Positions 28,401 to 40,969 of a stretch of DNA of 64,000 bases are shown here, piece after piece. A program made the translations under genes and the position numbers. The DNA comes from Geosiphon pyriformis uo1. Lineage: Eukaryota > Fungi > Glomeromycota. The notes below the pieces were generated by a model. The model was not told the origin of the DNA, made no database searches, and was given only the letters and a program-made list of their open reading frames with translations. The stretch is taken from the NCBI GenBank assembly GCA_016748015.1, contig JAAOMT010000694.1:341063-405062 (forward strand), read 5' to 3'. Each line of letters begins with the position of its first letter. Positions within the stretch are counted from its first letter, which is position 1.

Positions 28401-31300
28401 AACTAATATTTTTAGAAAAAATTGTATTCGTTAAAATTATACTGAAAAAGAAAAAACTTTTTGTTGTAATTTATTAAATAAATATCTATTAAAAAATAAT
28501 CAATACTTGTTATTGAATTTTCAGAGTATTAATTAAAACATTAAATTGTAACAGCTGTGTTATTTTTTACTTTTAAATTTTTTTTTGAAATAATTAATAA
28601 CTGCAATTTTGAAACTGGCTCCATTAATTAAATTGCTTTCACATATAGTCTATTTTTTTATTAAAATTTTTTTATTCAATTTATATTGCTCTTAATTATT
28701 TAATTTCTGTTATCTGTTATTTTTTTATAATAATTAATAACAATAGTAAAGGTTTTTTTGCAATCATTTTAAAAAATTAAAAATTATAACATTAAACTGA
28801 TTATATATATTGAATATTTTATATATTTAATTTGCGTTTTTGGTATAATTCTTAAGTAATTTATATTTTTTTGATTTTATTATTCGTTATTTATTAATTT
28901 ATTTATTGAAATTTGTAACTTTATTCTAATTCACAAATACAAAAATTAACCTAAATTTTTAATAAACCTATTAGTAATTTCATAATTTATTTAAGTTGAT
29001 AATAAAGATCTGAAATTTATCCATTTCAGAAAAAGTAATTTTAATATTTTTTTAAAAAACTATTTACATAACACAAAAACATTACAATATTTTAAGATTA
29101 GCATCATTTTCATTGAAAATTATTCAGTTTTATTTAAAAAATATTTACAAAATTTGTTTTCAAAGAGTTCAAAACAAAAAAAACGTATAAATTGATTTAT
29201 TACTAATTAACAAAAAGATCAATCCCATAATAGCAAACGAATAGTTTTTGATAGTTGTTATTGAAAAGTGGTCAAAATTGCAAATGATAATATTCTAATG
29301 TTAAAAATTAAAAGTTATTTATATTAATACTAATAAATTTTGAAAAAATAAAAGAATTTTTAAAAAATTTAATAAAAATTATATATTTAAAATTTATGAT
29401 TATATAATTTTATTGATAAACATAATAATAAATTAAATATATATATATGAATTAAATTTTAACTATAAAATTATTATTGAATAAATCAGCAATAATTAAT
29501 TAATATGTGTAAATAGATCGATGAATTCATGTTCTGGTTAAACGATGAAATCAGAAAGCATTTTAATAATGACATTAATTGAAACAGATAAAGAATTTGA
29601 GGGAAGAATCATTTCTTTTTATGTTTATGTTTAAAACATAATTATCAAATATTATATATAATTTTATTTTTCTATCTTTTTAAAAGAAAATTTTGAATGT
29701 GAGGGTTACTGACTGTAGAGCGCTTCCTTTTCATTAAAATTTATATTAAATCTTAAACAATTATCATAAATAAGGTGTAAACTTTTAAACTAATAAATTT
29801 TACCGCTGTAAACTTTAGTATTATAAAAAGGGAGGACCTTTATTTTTCAAATTATTTTAACTTATGGAATTGCAATTTCACACCATAAGGAATGGAAATG
29901 AGTACGGGAAATAGATGTAAAAAAAAGTTCGTTTTAAGTCTTTACCTGCTTCCAAATTTATAAATATTGTTATCATTGATCAATTTAATAAGAACAAACA
30001 TAGTGTAATTATATGGCAGTTATTTTGAATTTTCTTTTCCTTAAATTAATATTAACAAATTGAAATTTTGAATGTATATATATATAGCAATTGTTCTATC
30101 ATAGCACAAATCCTAATTCTTTATACACTTTTAGTTCAAATTTGGATTCTAAGATAATGTATCCTTGCAAAGAATTATTTTATGAAGTCGAATAATGAAA
30201 TTATTGCAATAGATTTTTAAAAACACATTTAATTAAGGGGATAAAGATTATTTTATTGTCATTAATAATTATTTTTGTGAAAGATGAATTATATAATAAA
30301 ATTTATAGAAATTTTAAGTAGCCATATATTTTTAGTTTTTGGCTTTCTGGAATATTTTTTGCATTTATCCATTGGTTTTTTTTACATTTAAATGCTTTAG
30401 AAAGAAAAGAAAAGCTCATGAAATTATGAAAATTTATTCGTTTTTTTTTATTAAAAATTTTCCAATGTCTCTATATACATGTATAATGATAGTTTGTTGG
30501 CTCTAAGCCTTCTTAATTAGTTCAAAATTATTGATTATAAAGCCTTATAAATCAATATCAGAACAGACTGTTTTCTTCAACAAATAATTTTAACAATTCT
30601 ATAAAAAATTAAAAGAACCAGAAAATGATAAAATGTTAAGACTCTTAATAATAAAGTTCATTTGTAAACTTTTATTGACAATGTATTTATTAAGTTGTGC
30701 TTGATTTTACTTTATTTAAAAAATTAAAATATATATAATAATAATATAAATTTTATTTAATACTTAAATCTTTTTATAATTATATTTATTAATTAAATTT
30801 AAAAAATAATCAAACAAATCACATATAAACTGAAATATTCAAATAATAATGATTTATGAAAATTTAAATTGATAAAAACTAATTAATATATGGTTACTTA
30901 TTTATTATCATTTATAATTATTATTATTCAAAGCGATAATACAAAATATATATATATAAATATATAAAATAAAAATGTAAATGTTTAATTTTAAAATATA
31001 AATATAAATGTATATATTATTGTTCCAAATATACAATAATATTCATAAATAGTGGTTAATTAATAAAATTATTTGTAATTAAATGTTACTTAAGTATTTA
31101 AAAAGCAATATTAATAAAAATCACTGAGAAAACAATTTATTTAATTGTAAAAAAATAAGTATATTGTAAATGATTATATGTTTAATTAAAGAAATATGAT
31201 TAAAATAAAATAATCAATAAAGATCAATTTCAAAGAAATTAATGATAATAAAAAAATAAAAATTTTTATAAAATTAATCTAACTATTTTCATGAGCTGGA
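25450..31300. other. Second AT-rich decayed region
   Basis: Very low GC and no credible ORFs. Confidence 0.55.
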
Positions 31301-31315
31301 ATTTTAAAAAGTATT

Positions 31316-32927
31316 TTAAAAATCAAAAATCGAATCTAAGCTAAGATTATTCGGACTACAATCATTCATTCTTATCCCAAAATATGGTCCTCTATGTATA
31401 AAATCATTCGGTACATTATTTATTGACTGGCCAGCATTGCATTCCTTTGAAAATCAAAAAGGGGGATAAAAATAAGTTAGCTTGATTGACATTTATTAAT
31501 GAGTAACAATATTAATAAAGTCTAACCTCATTTTCTCCAGACCTGACCCCATCAGGAAACAAGGATTCAAGAGATACATCATAATATTTCAAACCTTGTG
31601 AGTCATAGTCAAACCCCTTACACTCATAAAATGAATATTCTCTATTATTTTTCTCTGTTGAACATTCACATGATCCTGGCAAAATCCAATACTCTCTCTC
31701 AAAATGTTCCAAATAAATATTTCCAAGCTCACGCGGTAAAAAATGTGGAACGTGATCGTTAAAATAAGTAATTCGATGAACTTTCAATAGTTTGTTTACC
31801 AGTCGGGCAAATACAGCGTTACCAACCCTCGGGGCTCCAAATGTAATAGTTGAAATTTCAAAGTCAGAAAATTTAATTTCAGGAATAGTACCGAGACCGT
31901 CCATCAAAAATGTTTCAATTTTCCATGACAGTCCAGCGAGTGTTGCATAAGCTAAGAAAAATGTTTTTAATAAATTAACATATTTTTCTTTGAATTTTTA
32001 TAAAAATTATTTTTTTTAAAACGTACCACCACCAATCCCGTGTCCAACAAAGCGGATAAACTGAATTGTCGATTTATGTTTTGAATTGAGGAGTAGTCCA
32101 TCGAGAATTGTAGCAAATAGCGAGGAACGCACAGCTAAAAAATCGTTTTGCCACTCTTTCTCAACCAGAACCAAGTTATGGGATTTAATTCCTTCTACTC
32201 TATATGTTGTCAGTTCATTGCCTCGAGTTTCCCATTGAAACTTTGTTAGTACTGGTCCTTTAGTCAGGTGAATTAAATAATTTAAAATTTGATTTCTTAA
32301 TTCATTAGAATTTTTTGGTTGATGAAAATTTTGAATTTTATAACTTTTATTACCCTTAAAATTTACAATCACTGATCTGCTGGATCTTTCTATATTTACA
32401 TTAACTTCAAGATAGAATAAAGAAAGTAATTAAAAAATTAGCCTTTTTTGAAATTCTCAGATTTAAATAAAAAATTAAAAACCTTTTAAACGGCCACTGG
32501 GAACTTTTATAGCAAGATATTGATTTTGCATGCAATAAACGTGATTCGAGAAATACGACATCACTTTTAATTCTCGGAAAAAATCAATACTCTGTTTAAG
32601 ATCAATCAATCGCTTTGATTTTCCATTCACTGAACGAGTGTTGAGTAATGTCGAGGGATAAAAATTAGGACCAAGACCAGGACCAGGACCAGGACCAGGA
32701 ATAGGACCAGTACCAGCACCAGCACCAGGAATAAATGCTTGACTTTTGTTATAATGGAGATTGGTCTGTTCTAAGGTTTTTAAACTAGGCCATGATGAAG
32801 TTTGTACATTTAAAGACAGAAGATCAGTATGAACAAAAATTGAAAAACTTTTATATAATAATAAATTTAAAAGAAAAAATATTAATAGGATTAATAAGAA
32901 ATTATTTATATTAAAAATTTGGTACAT
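31316..32927 (-). CDS. Secreted or signal-anchored class 3 lipase-like protein, paralog 2, nucleophile Ser replaced by Gly (GHGIGG)
   Basis: Hydrophobic N-terminus, then a PG/AG repeat linker, KR, MSYFSNHVYC, VIVNFKG, FVGHGIGG|AYATLAG, ITFGAPRVGN, RITYFNDHVPH, HFEREYWI, ENE|ECNAG, FIHRGPYFG and TAA at 31316. Three clear GT-AG introns plus a probable in-frame one; the spliced frame is intact. Confidence 0.9.
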
Positions 32928-34825
32928 GTCGAACTTATGTCAACTGGATCTTAAAATAACAACTGAAATTCCAAAAAATTAAAAGTTATATATTAACACA
33001 CGGTGAATGCACGATCGATTTGTGTTTGCTTGATGGACATTAAGGGGCAATTTTTTTATTGCAAACAAATCAAATTTGATAGAGAATTTCTAGTGTTTTT
33101 ATCAAGCTTAAAACAAAGCTTGATAATATTTAACATATATTTTAATATTTTTTGACATCAAATTGCCAAAGGTCTCAGAGTCGATGAAAAAGTATCCCGT
33201 AAATGTTCTTCTAAATTTTGTAAGCAATGAATATTTTTTTAAAATTTAAAAAATAAATGATCAAAAATTCATTTCTCTATAGCATAAAAAAATTAATGTA
33301 CAATCCTAAACTGACTCAACTAATATCAAAAAATAGGGAATAAAGGAAAGAAAAAATAAAATTAATAAAAGTTTATATTGGTGAAAAACAGAAATAAAAC
33401 ATTTCTATTATTAAAATATTTTAATATTATACAGAAAAAAATTTCATTTTTCGTGCAGTCAAATATTTTCTTGGAGAAAAGCATAATGCCTAAACAGTTT
33501 AAGAAACATTTTTAAAGATCTAAAATAAATTTCATTAAAAGAGATGATCAATCAAAAAAAAAACTATATTTCTAAAAAACCTATAGAAGCATGCTCCAAT
33601 TAAGAGTGGTTTCGTTTACCTTGAGAAAAGCTATAAAAAATTTATCACGTTATAACATCTTTTGTGATTCCCAAACGTTCAAAAATATATTTATAAGATG
33701 AACTTCAAAGATGCGCAATATACTACATAAATATGGTTCTTTAGTGTCAAAAAAGAAATAGATATAATAAAATTATACAGTTTTCTTAGAAAAAAAATAC
33801 CTCATTTCTCTGGATATCTCCCATCTTTTGAATATTTTAAGATATTTCAAAGCAACTTTAATAATCCTACTTTGCTCATAATTTTTATTTTTTTTAAACC
33901 ACAATATAATTTTTCTCTCTCATATACCTTCTTTAACTAATCTTTTTTCTTTTACTAAATATATTTATATCATATTTATGTAACACTATTTTATAAATTT
34001 CAATTGAACAATTAATAAATTAATATGATAAACAGTATTTATTTTTTTTAAAAACAATTAAACGATTAAAAATTATATAAAATTTATGATTCTTAATATT
34101 CTTATTAAATATGTAAATAAATAAATAAATTTTCTTTACAATATTAAGTAAATAAATAACAAATATTTAATATTTGTATCTATATAATTTTGAACATAAA
34201 TGAATTTTTTTGTATTTTTTATTTTAAATTAAATAATTATATGTTCATAATGGTTTTAAACATTATGACATAAAATAATGTTAAATATATTTTTTTATTT
34301 CTAAAAAAATTATTTAACATTCATTAAGATAGTATTTTTGACTAAAAAGTTATAATTTTAAAAATAAAAGATTAAAAAGCTAAAATTTTTTATCATTTTT
34401 AGTCAAAATCGCAACTTTTTATGACAATTATAATTATTGCTTAGTTGTAATTTATAACGTTGTATCTTTATCAAAATTACATAAATTTAAAAGTACCACA
34501 AAAATTTTCTTTAAAATCATTAAAATAAATAAATTTTCAAACATTATTGTATTTTTTTATCAATTTATGTTCACATAAAAATTTTCCATTTTCACATAAT
34601 TGCATTATTTTCGAGAAAAAATTTTTAAAATTTAAATTAATCAAGTCAATAAACTTCAAAAAGTATTATTGTGATTAATAGTTAATAAATTAAAAGTTTC
34701 AAAGTGTAAAATTCTTTTATCTAGTTGAAATTTTTTAAGTTTCTGGTCTTTTGTTCAAAAATATATAATAAAATTGGAATTTAATTTTAAGAGTAAATTG
34801 AAAATTTCACACGTGTTTAAATCAC

Positions 34826-34827
<2 letters not shown>

Positions 34828-34863
<36 letters not shown>
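34828..34863. repeat. (AAT)12 microsatellite
   Basis: Read directly from the sequence. Confidence 0.9.
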
Positions 34864-34864
<1 letters not shown>

Positions 34865-36653
34865 TAATTCTTAAAATTTGATATTGCTTAAGTTTAATTA
34901 AAAAAATATTTAATTCTTTCTGGTAGAATTAAAAAATTTTCCAATTTTCATAAATGGTTATTTAGAAATTATATTTTTAAATTTTTTCAAAGTAAACTGA
35001 GAATGTTTAGAATTGGATACATCTAAATAATTCATGAAAAACTTAAAGATATGATTTTGCACTAATAATAAATTTTTAAAATATCGTTCAAGATACAGTA
35101 TTATTTATTATTTATTATTTATTATTTATGAGATAATGCTCCCATTATCGAAATCTTAATATCAATAATACCCTTATAAAAGCTTGAAAAAAAATATTTC
35201 TTCATCTTTTTTCCGGACTAGGAAAAATCCGTAAGATGAATTTTAATACAATAAATTTTTGTTTATATCGTGAATAATAATACAATATCTATTGCTTTAT
35301 TCATATTATTGTCATAAATTTGTTAGGTAGTAATTCTTCACGGTGCATGTGATACCAAAATTTTTAAAAATTGCAGCGGCTATTGATCATCAAAATAATG
35401 ATTATAAAATACAAAGCTCTGTATACCTTGTTTGGTAAAATCCAGTTAAGCCAGTACGAAGTGAATTAAAGTATTAAGACTGTAAAAACTCTGTTTATTG
35501 ATTAAATAAATTAGTTATTGAATGATTTTCATAAATTGTGAGGTATTTTGAAAGCTTTATAGCCGATTTTTTTTCAGTAAATTAGAAAATGGGAATTAAT
35601 TTTTTTTTATGCCACTGCTTTTTCAAAAACCCCAAATGAAGTTTAATGAAGACAATCTTTTATTGCGAGCGAGCAAGCCAAAATCTGCACTGCCATTTTC
35701 AATACTTTCTGATAAAATGTAAAAAATATGGACTTATTAATTGTTATTCCGTTTAATTTAAATATGTATACCCTATTTAGTTAAACTTCATTTTTTATTT
35801 CAAAGATGCAATAGAATCAATTTTAAATTTTTTGCTAATAAGAAATCTAAAAAGTAAATTTTATCAAAAAATGATTATCTGCTCTAATTTATTCTTCATA
35901 TTCTTTCTCAAAAACACTCAGCAAATATTATTATTTTTCATAACAAAACTCTTTTTGAATCGAATTCTTATCGATATTTGTGATCAAATCTCTTTAAAAA
36001 ATGGCATTATTTATCTCATTAAAAAATATGTATTTTCTATGAATATTAATTTATATTTGACAGTTATAGATTTCTATTCGCTTTATTTCCGAGAATTTCT
36101 TTAAAGATTTTAAATTAGGATAAAAATTGCGGAGCAGCTTTAATTAGATTTGGTAACATTATAAAAATATTAATTTTTTTTTCTAAGAAGACTGTGTTTA
36201 ATAGAAACTTATTATAAAAAATTCTTAAAATAGAAATGGCTTTTATAAAATTCTTGTAAAATAAATTTTCCCCAATAATCTATTTAACAGAAAAAATTAA
36301 AATGACTTTTTATAAATTTATTTATTTAAAATTTTTTCTCAATTAATGTAAACATAAAGAAAAATTAAATTTATAGTATTTTTTTAAAAGCTCTCATATT
36401 TTAACTAAAAATAATGCTTACCTAGACAAAGGTACAAGACACCTTTTTTTAAAGGTTGATTTCAATGGCAACCGCAGGCTTAGCGAAATAATTTATTGCG
36501 ATAGGAGACCTAAATAAAATAGCGAAAAGGAAAATGTTATAAAATGGGAAGAAGTTCACCTGTTCAGTATCTCTTTAATCCACTTTCGAAAACATCAAAA
36601 TAAAGTCTTATAAAATTTTTAAAAAAATCTTCAATATACCAAGATTTATTAAA

Positions 36654-36905
36654 ATGGCTGTTAAAATCTTTATTCTATGTATTTGCACAGCTATCTTTCT
36701 CTTGTCCACTCTTTCAGCATCAAGTACACCTCCATTAAATGACAAGAGAGCCGGAGACGTTTTCTTCGGCAATGAGATTGGTCATAGCAATGTAAAAAGA
36801 GTATTCCAAAATAATTGTCTTGGCGGAAACCGTGAAGTTGGAGCTATAACTCATATTGGAGTCAGTGATAGACCCTATTGGCGAAATTGCAACCATATTT
36901 GTTAA
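36654..36905 (+). CDS. Small secreted precursor (83 aa) with signal peptide and two KR (Kex2-type) sites
   Basis: AAAATGG start context; signal-like MAVKIFILCICTAIFLLSTLSA; NDKR and NVKR; Cys-containing C-terminal 34-mer. It is a GC-richer island in AT-rich flanks, with TATAAAA about 115 bp upstream. Confidence 0.75.
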   Translation: MAVKIFILCICTAIFLLSTLSASSTPPLNDKRAGDVFFGNEIGHSNVKRVFQNNCLGGNREVGAITHIGVSDRPYWRNCNHIC

Positions 36906-37979
36906 TGAATTCATCACTAAGAGACCATGATTAAAAAAAAAGGGTTGTAAAACATTTTTAAATATTTTCAACCACTATTTAAAGAAAAAGTTGTTCTTAA
37001 TATAATCAATAACTGAAAGTGATTTTTTTTATACGCTTCTATTACTGTTTTAAAATTTTTGGTTAATTTTTAATAGAATATCTAATAATTTGTGTAGAAT
37101 ATAACAAAAATTAAAATTAGAAAAATATGGTTTTTTATATTGAATGTTATTATTTTCAAAAAAATTCACAATCATAAACTTTTAATTTTTTCATTTAATT
37201 TTATCAATAAAGTTAAGCTATATGTTACATTTTTCAATTATAAATATTAAATAAAATGGATATAAAAAATTAATTCAAATTCAAAAAATAAATCTTTTCA
37301 ATCTTCACTTTCTAATTTTTAGAACTTCAATTATATCAAATATATCAATTTATGTCAATATAACAAATTCAAGGTTTTTGAAAAAAAAATTTTGTTTATG
37401 CTATAAAAGAATGAAAATGAATAATTTTGTACCTTTAAAGGTATTTTTGTTCTACTAATCTTAAAAAAAATAGATTTAGTAGAAATTTTCATTTTAGTTT
37501 AGCATCTCTCTATAATAATTTTTGCAAATTTGCCTTTGTCATTATCAAAACGAAGCATTATGCTTAATGTCGAAGAAAATTCAGAATCTATAATAGTTCC
37601 GCATAGTAAACCATAGCAGATAAATAATTGAACTAAGCAAAATTTTTTTAACAATAAAAACTGTTTAGCTTTTTTGCTTAGCAATTTTCTGAACTTTTTT
37701 TGGACAATTTTTTTTAAATAAAACTTATTTCAACTAATATCTTTGATTTTTCTTGAACTTATCTCGCAGTTTTTGAGATTTTAAGAGACCAAGAGCATAT
37801 ATTCCGTAAATAAAATTGGATATGGAAATTTTTATTTGAATTTTTTTCTGATAATTTTGCCTTTAATTTCAAATTATTAAATAAAATAATGCTCGACTTA
37901 TTCATTGTATATTTTAATTTGAATTGATTTTTAATTTAATTTTTTTTACATATTATAATTTTAAGGTATTATTTAACAT

Positions 37980-38480
37980 ATTTCGTAATGTGTTGTCTTT
38001 TGACAAAAGCTCTCTGGACTATGTTTAAAAATTATTGCCATACAATTGAATACTGTAATTTCTAAAACAGAGTCCATTATTTAGACTACTATAAAATCCC
38101 ATATCCGCTAACAAATTCACTAAGTTTAACATATCCAATTTGCCAACTTGAAGAGAAAAAATTAAACTTCCTTCTCCATTTAAATATTGATTTCAAGTGT
38201 CTCAAAATTGTGGGTTATAGCTGCCTATTAGCTGACCAGTTTCTTTCCCTTTTATTACACTAGCTGTTGCTCCTTATAATCACGTAATTGATGAAAATTA
38301 GCTGGAATGAGTCCATCTCGACTGTTTCAAAGTAACATAATAAATATTTAATTGGAAAAAAAAATAATGGCTGAGCGTCTATAGACTTTTAATGACTACT
38401 CAGCACGAGATAATAATAAAATTTCATGTAAAATTAGCACAAATGGCTTTACTTTGTGATAGAAGTGAACTAGAGATTAT
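37980..38480 (-). pseudogene. TLDc-domain pseudogene (copy 2), probably BTB/BACK-TLD type
   Basis: Minus strand HFYHKVKPF...LL*NSRDGLIPANFHQLRDYK...KETGQLIGSYNPQF...YLNGEGSLIFSL...NNGLCF. Nucleotide similarity to 22.1-22.4 kb is visible by eye. Confidence 0.78.
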
Positions 38481-39226
38481 TATTTTATTCAATTTAGCAA
38501 CTCCCTATTTCATTAATATTTTCTTCAGTAGCAAGAGAAATTTTTACCATATTCGATAACAAATTTATCTTATAGACGGTGTGATCAGACGGTTTTGACA
38601 AATTATTGTAATGCTCTTAAAATTGCTTCAAAATGTTGCAAAGATGAAGCAGTAGAACAGAGACCGGAAGAAATAAAAAGAATCTTGAGGTATATTATTA
38701 GAATTTATTTTAAAGTCATATTATATCAAATAACTGTTCTCTTTTTGACTAGAATGGAACACGCTGTCATGACTGAGAAAAAAGTGGTTACAAAAGAAAA
38801 TGGCATATTATATAGTTCCGCTAAGTATTTTGAATTGTTCACAGCTGCTGATTCTATATAGATATCATTTAGCCACTTTACCCGTCAAGTCAACATAAAT
38901 ATCCACAAGGAAATAAATACAAATAAATAAAAAATCTGAGATATATCATGAGAGAGGTTGGCCAACTAGTTGTTGGAATAATCTATGGGAAACAGCTAGA
39001 TATTGATTAGTTTATGGACTAGATGTTCGACGAGCCTGCCTTTTGACGCAGGAGTAATTTGACTAGATGTCCATGTGCGAAGGTTAATACAAATTAATTA
39101 CCTTGATAAATATAAAATTCCGTTTTTTATAATAAATGTGACATCTACTAAAATTAATATAATAGATATGTTTATAAATCAATCCAACTTTTTCAATTCT
39201 TTAAGAATCGTGATGATTCACAAAAC

Positions 39227-40045
39227 TTACACCAAAATAGATCTTTTAATATTCTGGACATTTCGGCATGTCCGTTTAAAATACATTTTCATGATTTTAT
39301 TGTTATCACAAAATGGACAGATAAGAAAACTATTAATAATAATATCCAAGCTGCCACATTTAAGACACTTGATTTCATCTGAAAGCTGGTCAAAGAAAGC
39401 TTCAAGCTCTGAAAATTTTCCTTTAAAATTTTCCAAGAATTTTAAACCTCAAGTTGTGGAATTGTAAATGAAACATTCCAAGTCATCTTGATTCTGAAAA
39501 GTGAAGTCACAGGCATTTAAATTAAGAAAGTAACTATTAGAAACTAAATTATTTACCTTTGCTGCTTTTAAATATAGTCCAATGCTATTTTCAAGTTTTT
39601 TGTCGTTCCCCATCAATTTTGATAACACCATCCAAGGTTGTATTGTGGGTTTATATTTCTCGCCTCTGCTACTTTTCAGTAGAGTTCGGATGCTTTTTCC
39701 GAATTTTTCGTTGTTCACTAATCCATTACCATAGCATCATCCAAGATTGTTTTGTGCACTTGTATTTCCCGCCTCTGCTGCTCTTGAAAAAAGTTCAAAT
39801 GCTTTTCATTGATCTTGTGAGACCCCAATTCTATTGCTGTAGCAATAACTTAAAAAAAATTGTCCAAAAGAGTTTTCTGCATGTGCTGCTTTCTGAAATT
39901 CTAAAAAGGCTTTTATTGAATTAGGAATAGTACCAATCCCATGTTCTAAAGAAAAGCCGAGCAAAATGGTCAAATGACAATCAATGCTCTTTCAAGCCAG
40001 CCAAGAGGTTAAGTTGGGTTTTCATTTGATGAAGTTAAAGACATG
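39227..40045 (-). pseudogene. Sel1-like repeat pseudogene with downstream CxxC-CxxC segment
   Basis: Minus strand LLGFSLEHGIGT...KAFLEFQKAA..ENSFGQFFLSYCYSNRIGVSQDQ*KAFELFSRAAEAGNTSAQNNLG*CYGNG...QYNLGWCYQN gives about 4 Sel1 repeats with stops and frameshifts, followed by KCLKC...ICPFC. Confidence 0.85.
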
Positions 40046-40969
40046 ACTTTCAAGCAATACAAATGACAAATATCTACTTTTTTTTTTTTTTTAGTTTTCA
40101 TTACTATTTAAATTTAGATTTGTTTCAATTGAGTCTTTCAGGAGTGAAGTTCCAACCCTAATTTTTACAATGTTCAAATGATTCCAACGTCTCAAGTAAT
40201 GAAAATCTTTGAAAACTATAATTGATATTTTTTAAGCTTTACTCTAGTAAAACATTATTATTTAAGCCTAAAATATATTTTATTTAGTAGCCATTCATTT
40301 TTAATCGTGGTCTTCCAATACTTTTTTGCTCTAAATCATAATTTCACAAGCCTTTTGAAATATCATAAATTGGGACGCATTTTAGCAATCATAAATTTAT
40401 CAAGATTATTGTGCAATGAGATTGATATATTAATCTCATCTGAATATATCGTCATCAACGGTTGTTTAGTGGATATTCAAATGTTTCAGTTGACGAAGAA
40501 ATATTTTTTCTTCCGATTTAGAGTCCGAGTAATCTGATCTGGCAAGGATGCCCCAACTAATGAATGTACTTTCCCTTAAAAACTTTTAAAATTAAACAGG
40601 ATCTTATAAGCAAAACCTGATGGGAGCAGATTTGAAAATAATACCCATAATAACAATGAGATTTTGGTAGATGCTTTTTGTTTTCATATTATAACAAATA
40701 TATTTCTAATATTTTCTTTCTTCTTAAGATGATGGTTGAACCTTCAAAATAAGGCTGGGAAAAATAGTTTCAACAAAATTTTTTTTTTGGAATTTCAAGT
40801 TCTCATCGGCATTCTCATTTCTGCCGAGAACAAAAGCAAATATTTAATGCGCACAAAATACTAATCGAACCGCTTCTGAATTTAAAAGATTTCAGAGTTT
40901 GAATATTGATTATAGATTTTTAACAAAAAAAAGCGTCAACATAGCTAATCATTATTCTTTGTTAAATTA

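Noticed and set aside
7309-36104. Short F/I/K/N/L-rich ORFs (7309, 7868, 15000, 35832 and similar)
   Set aside because: Composition expected by chance in very AT-rich DNA; no motifs or splice support.
36750-36800. Plant CEP/CLE mimicry by GNEIGHS
   Set aside because: It lacks the conserved Pro residues and spacing; the resemblance is too short.
32964-40797. Shared 15-mer ttttttggaatttca upstream of lipase paralogs 2 (32964-32978, minus) and 3 (40783-40797)
   Set aside because: Low complexity, different distances to the ATG and plausible by chance in AT-rich DNA.
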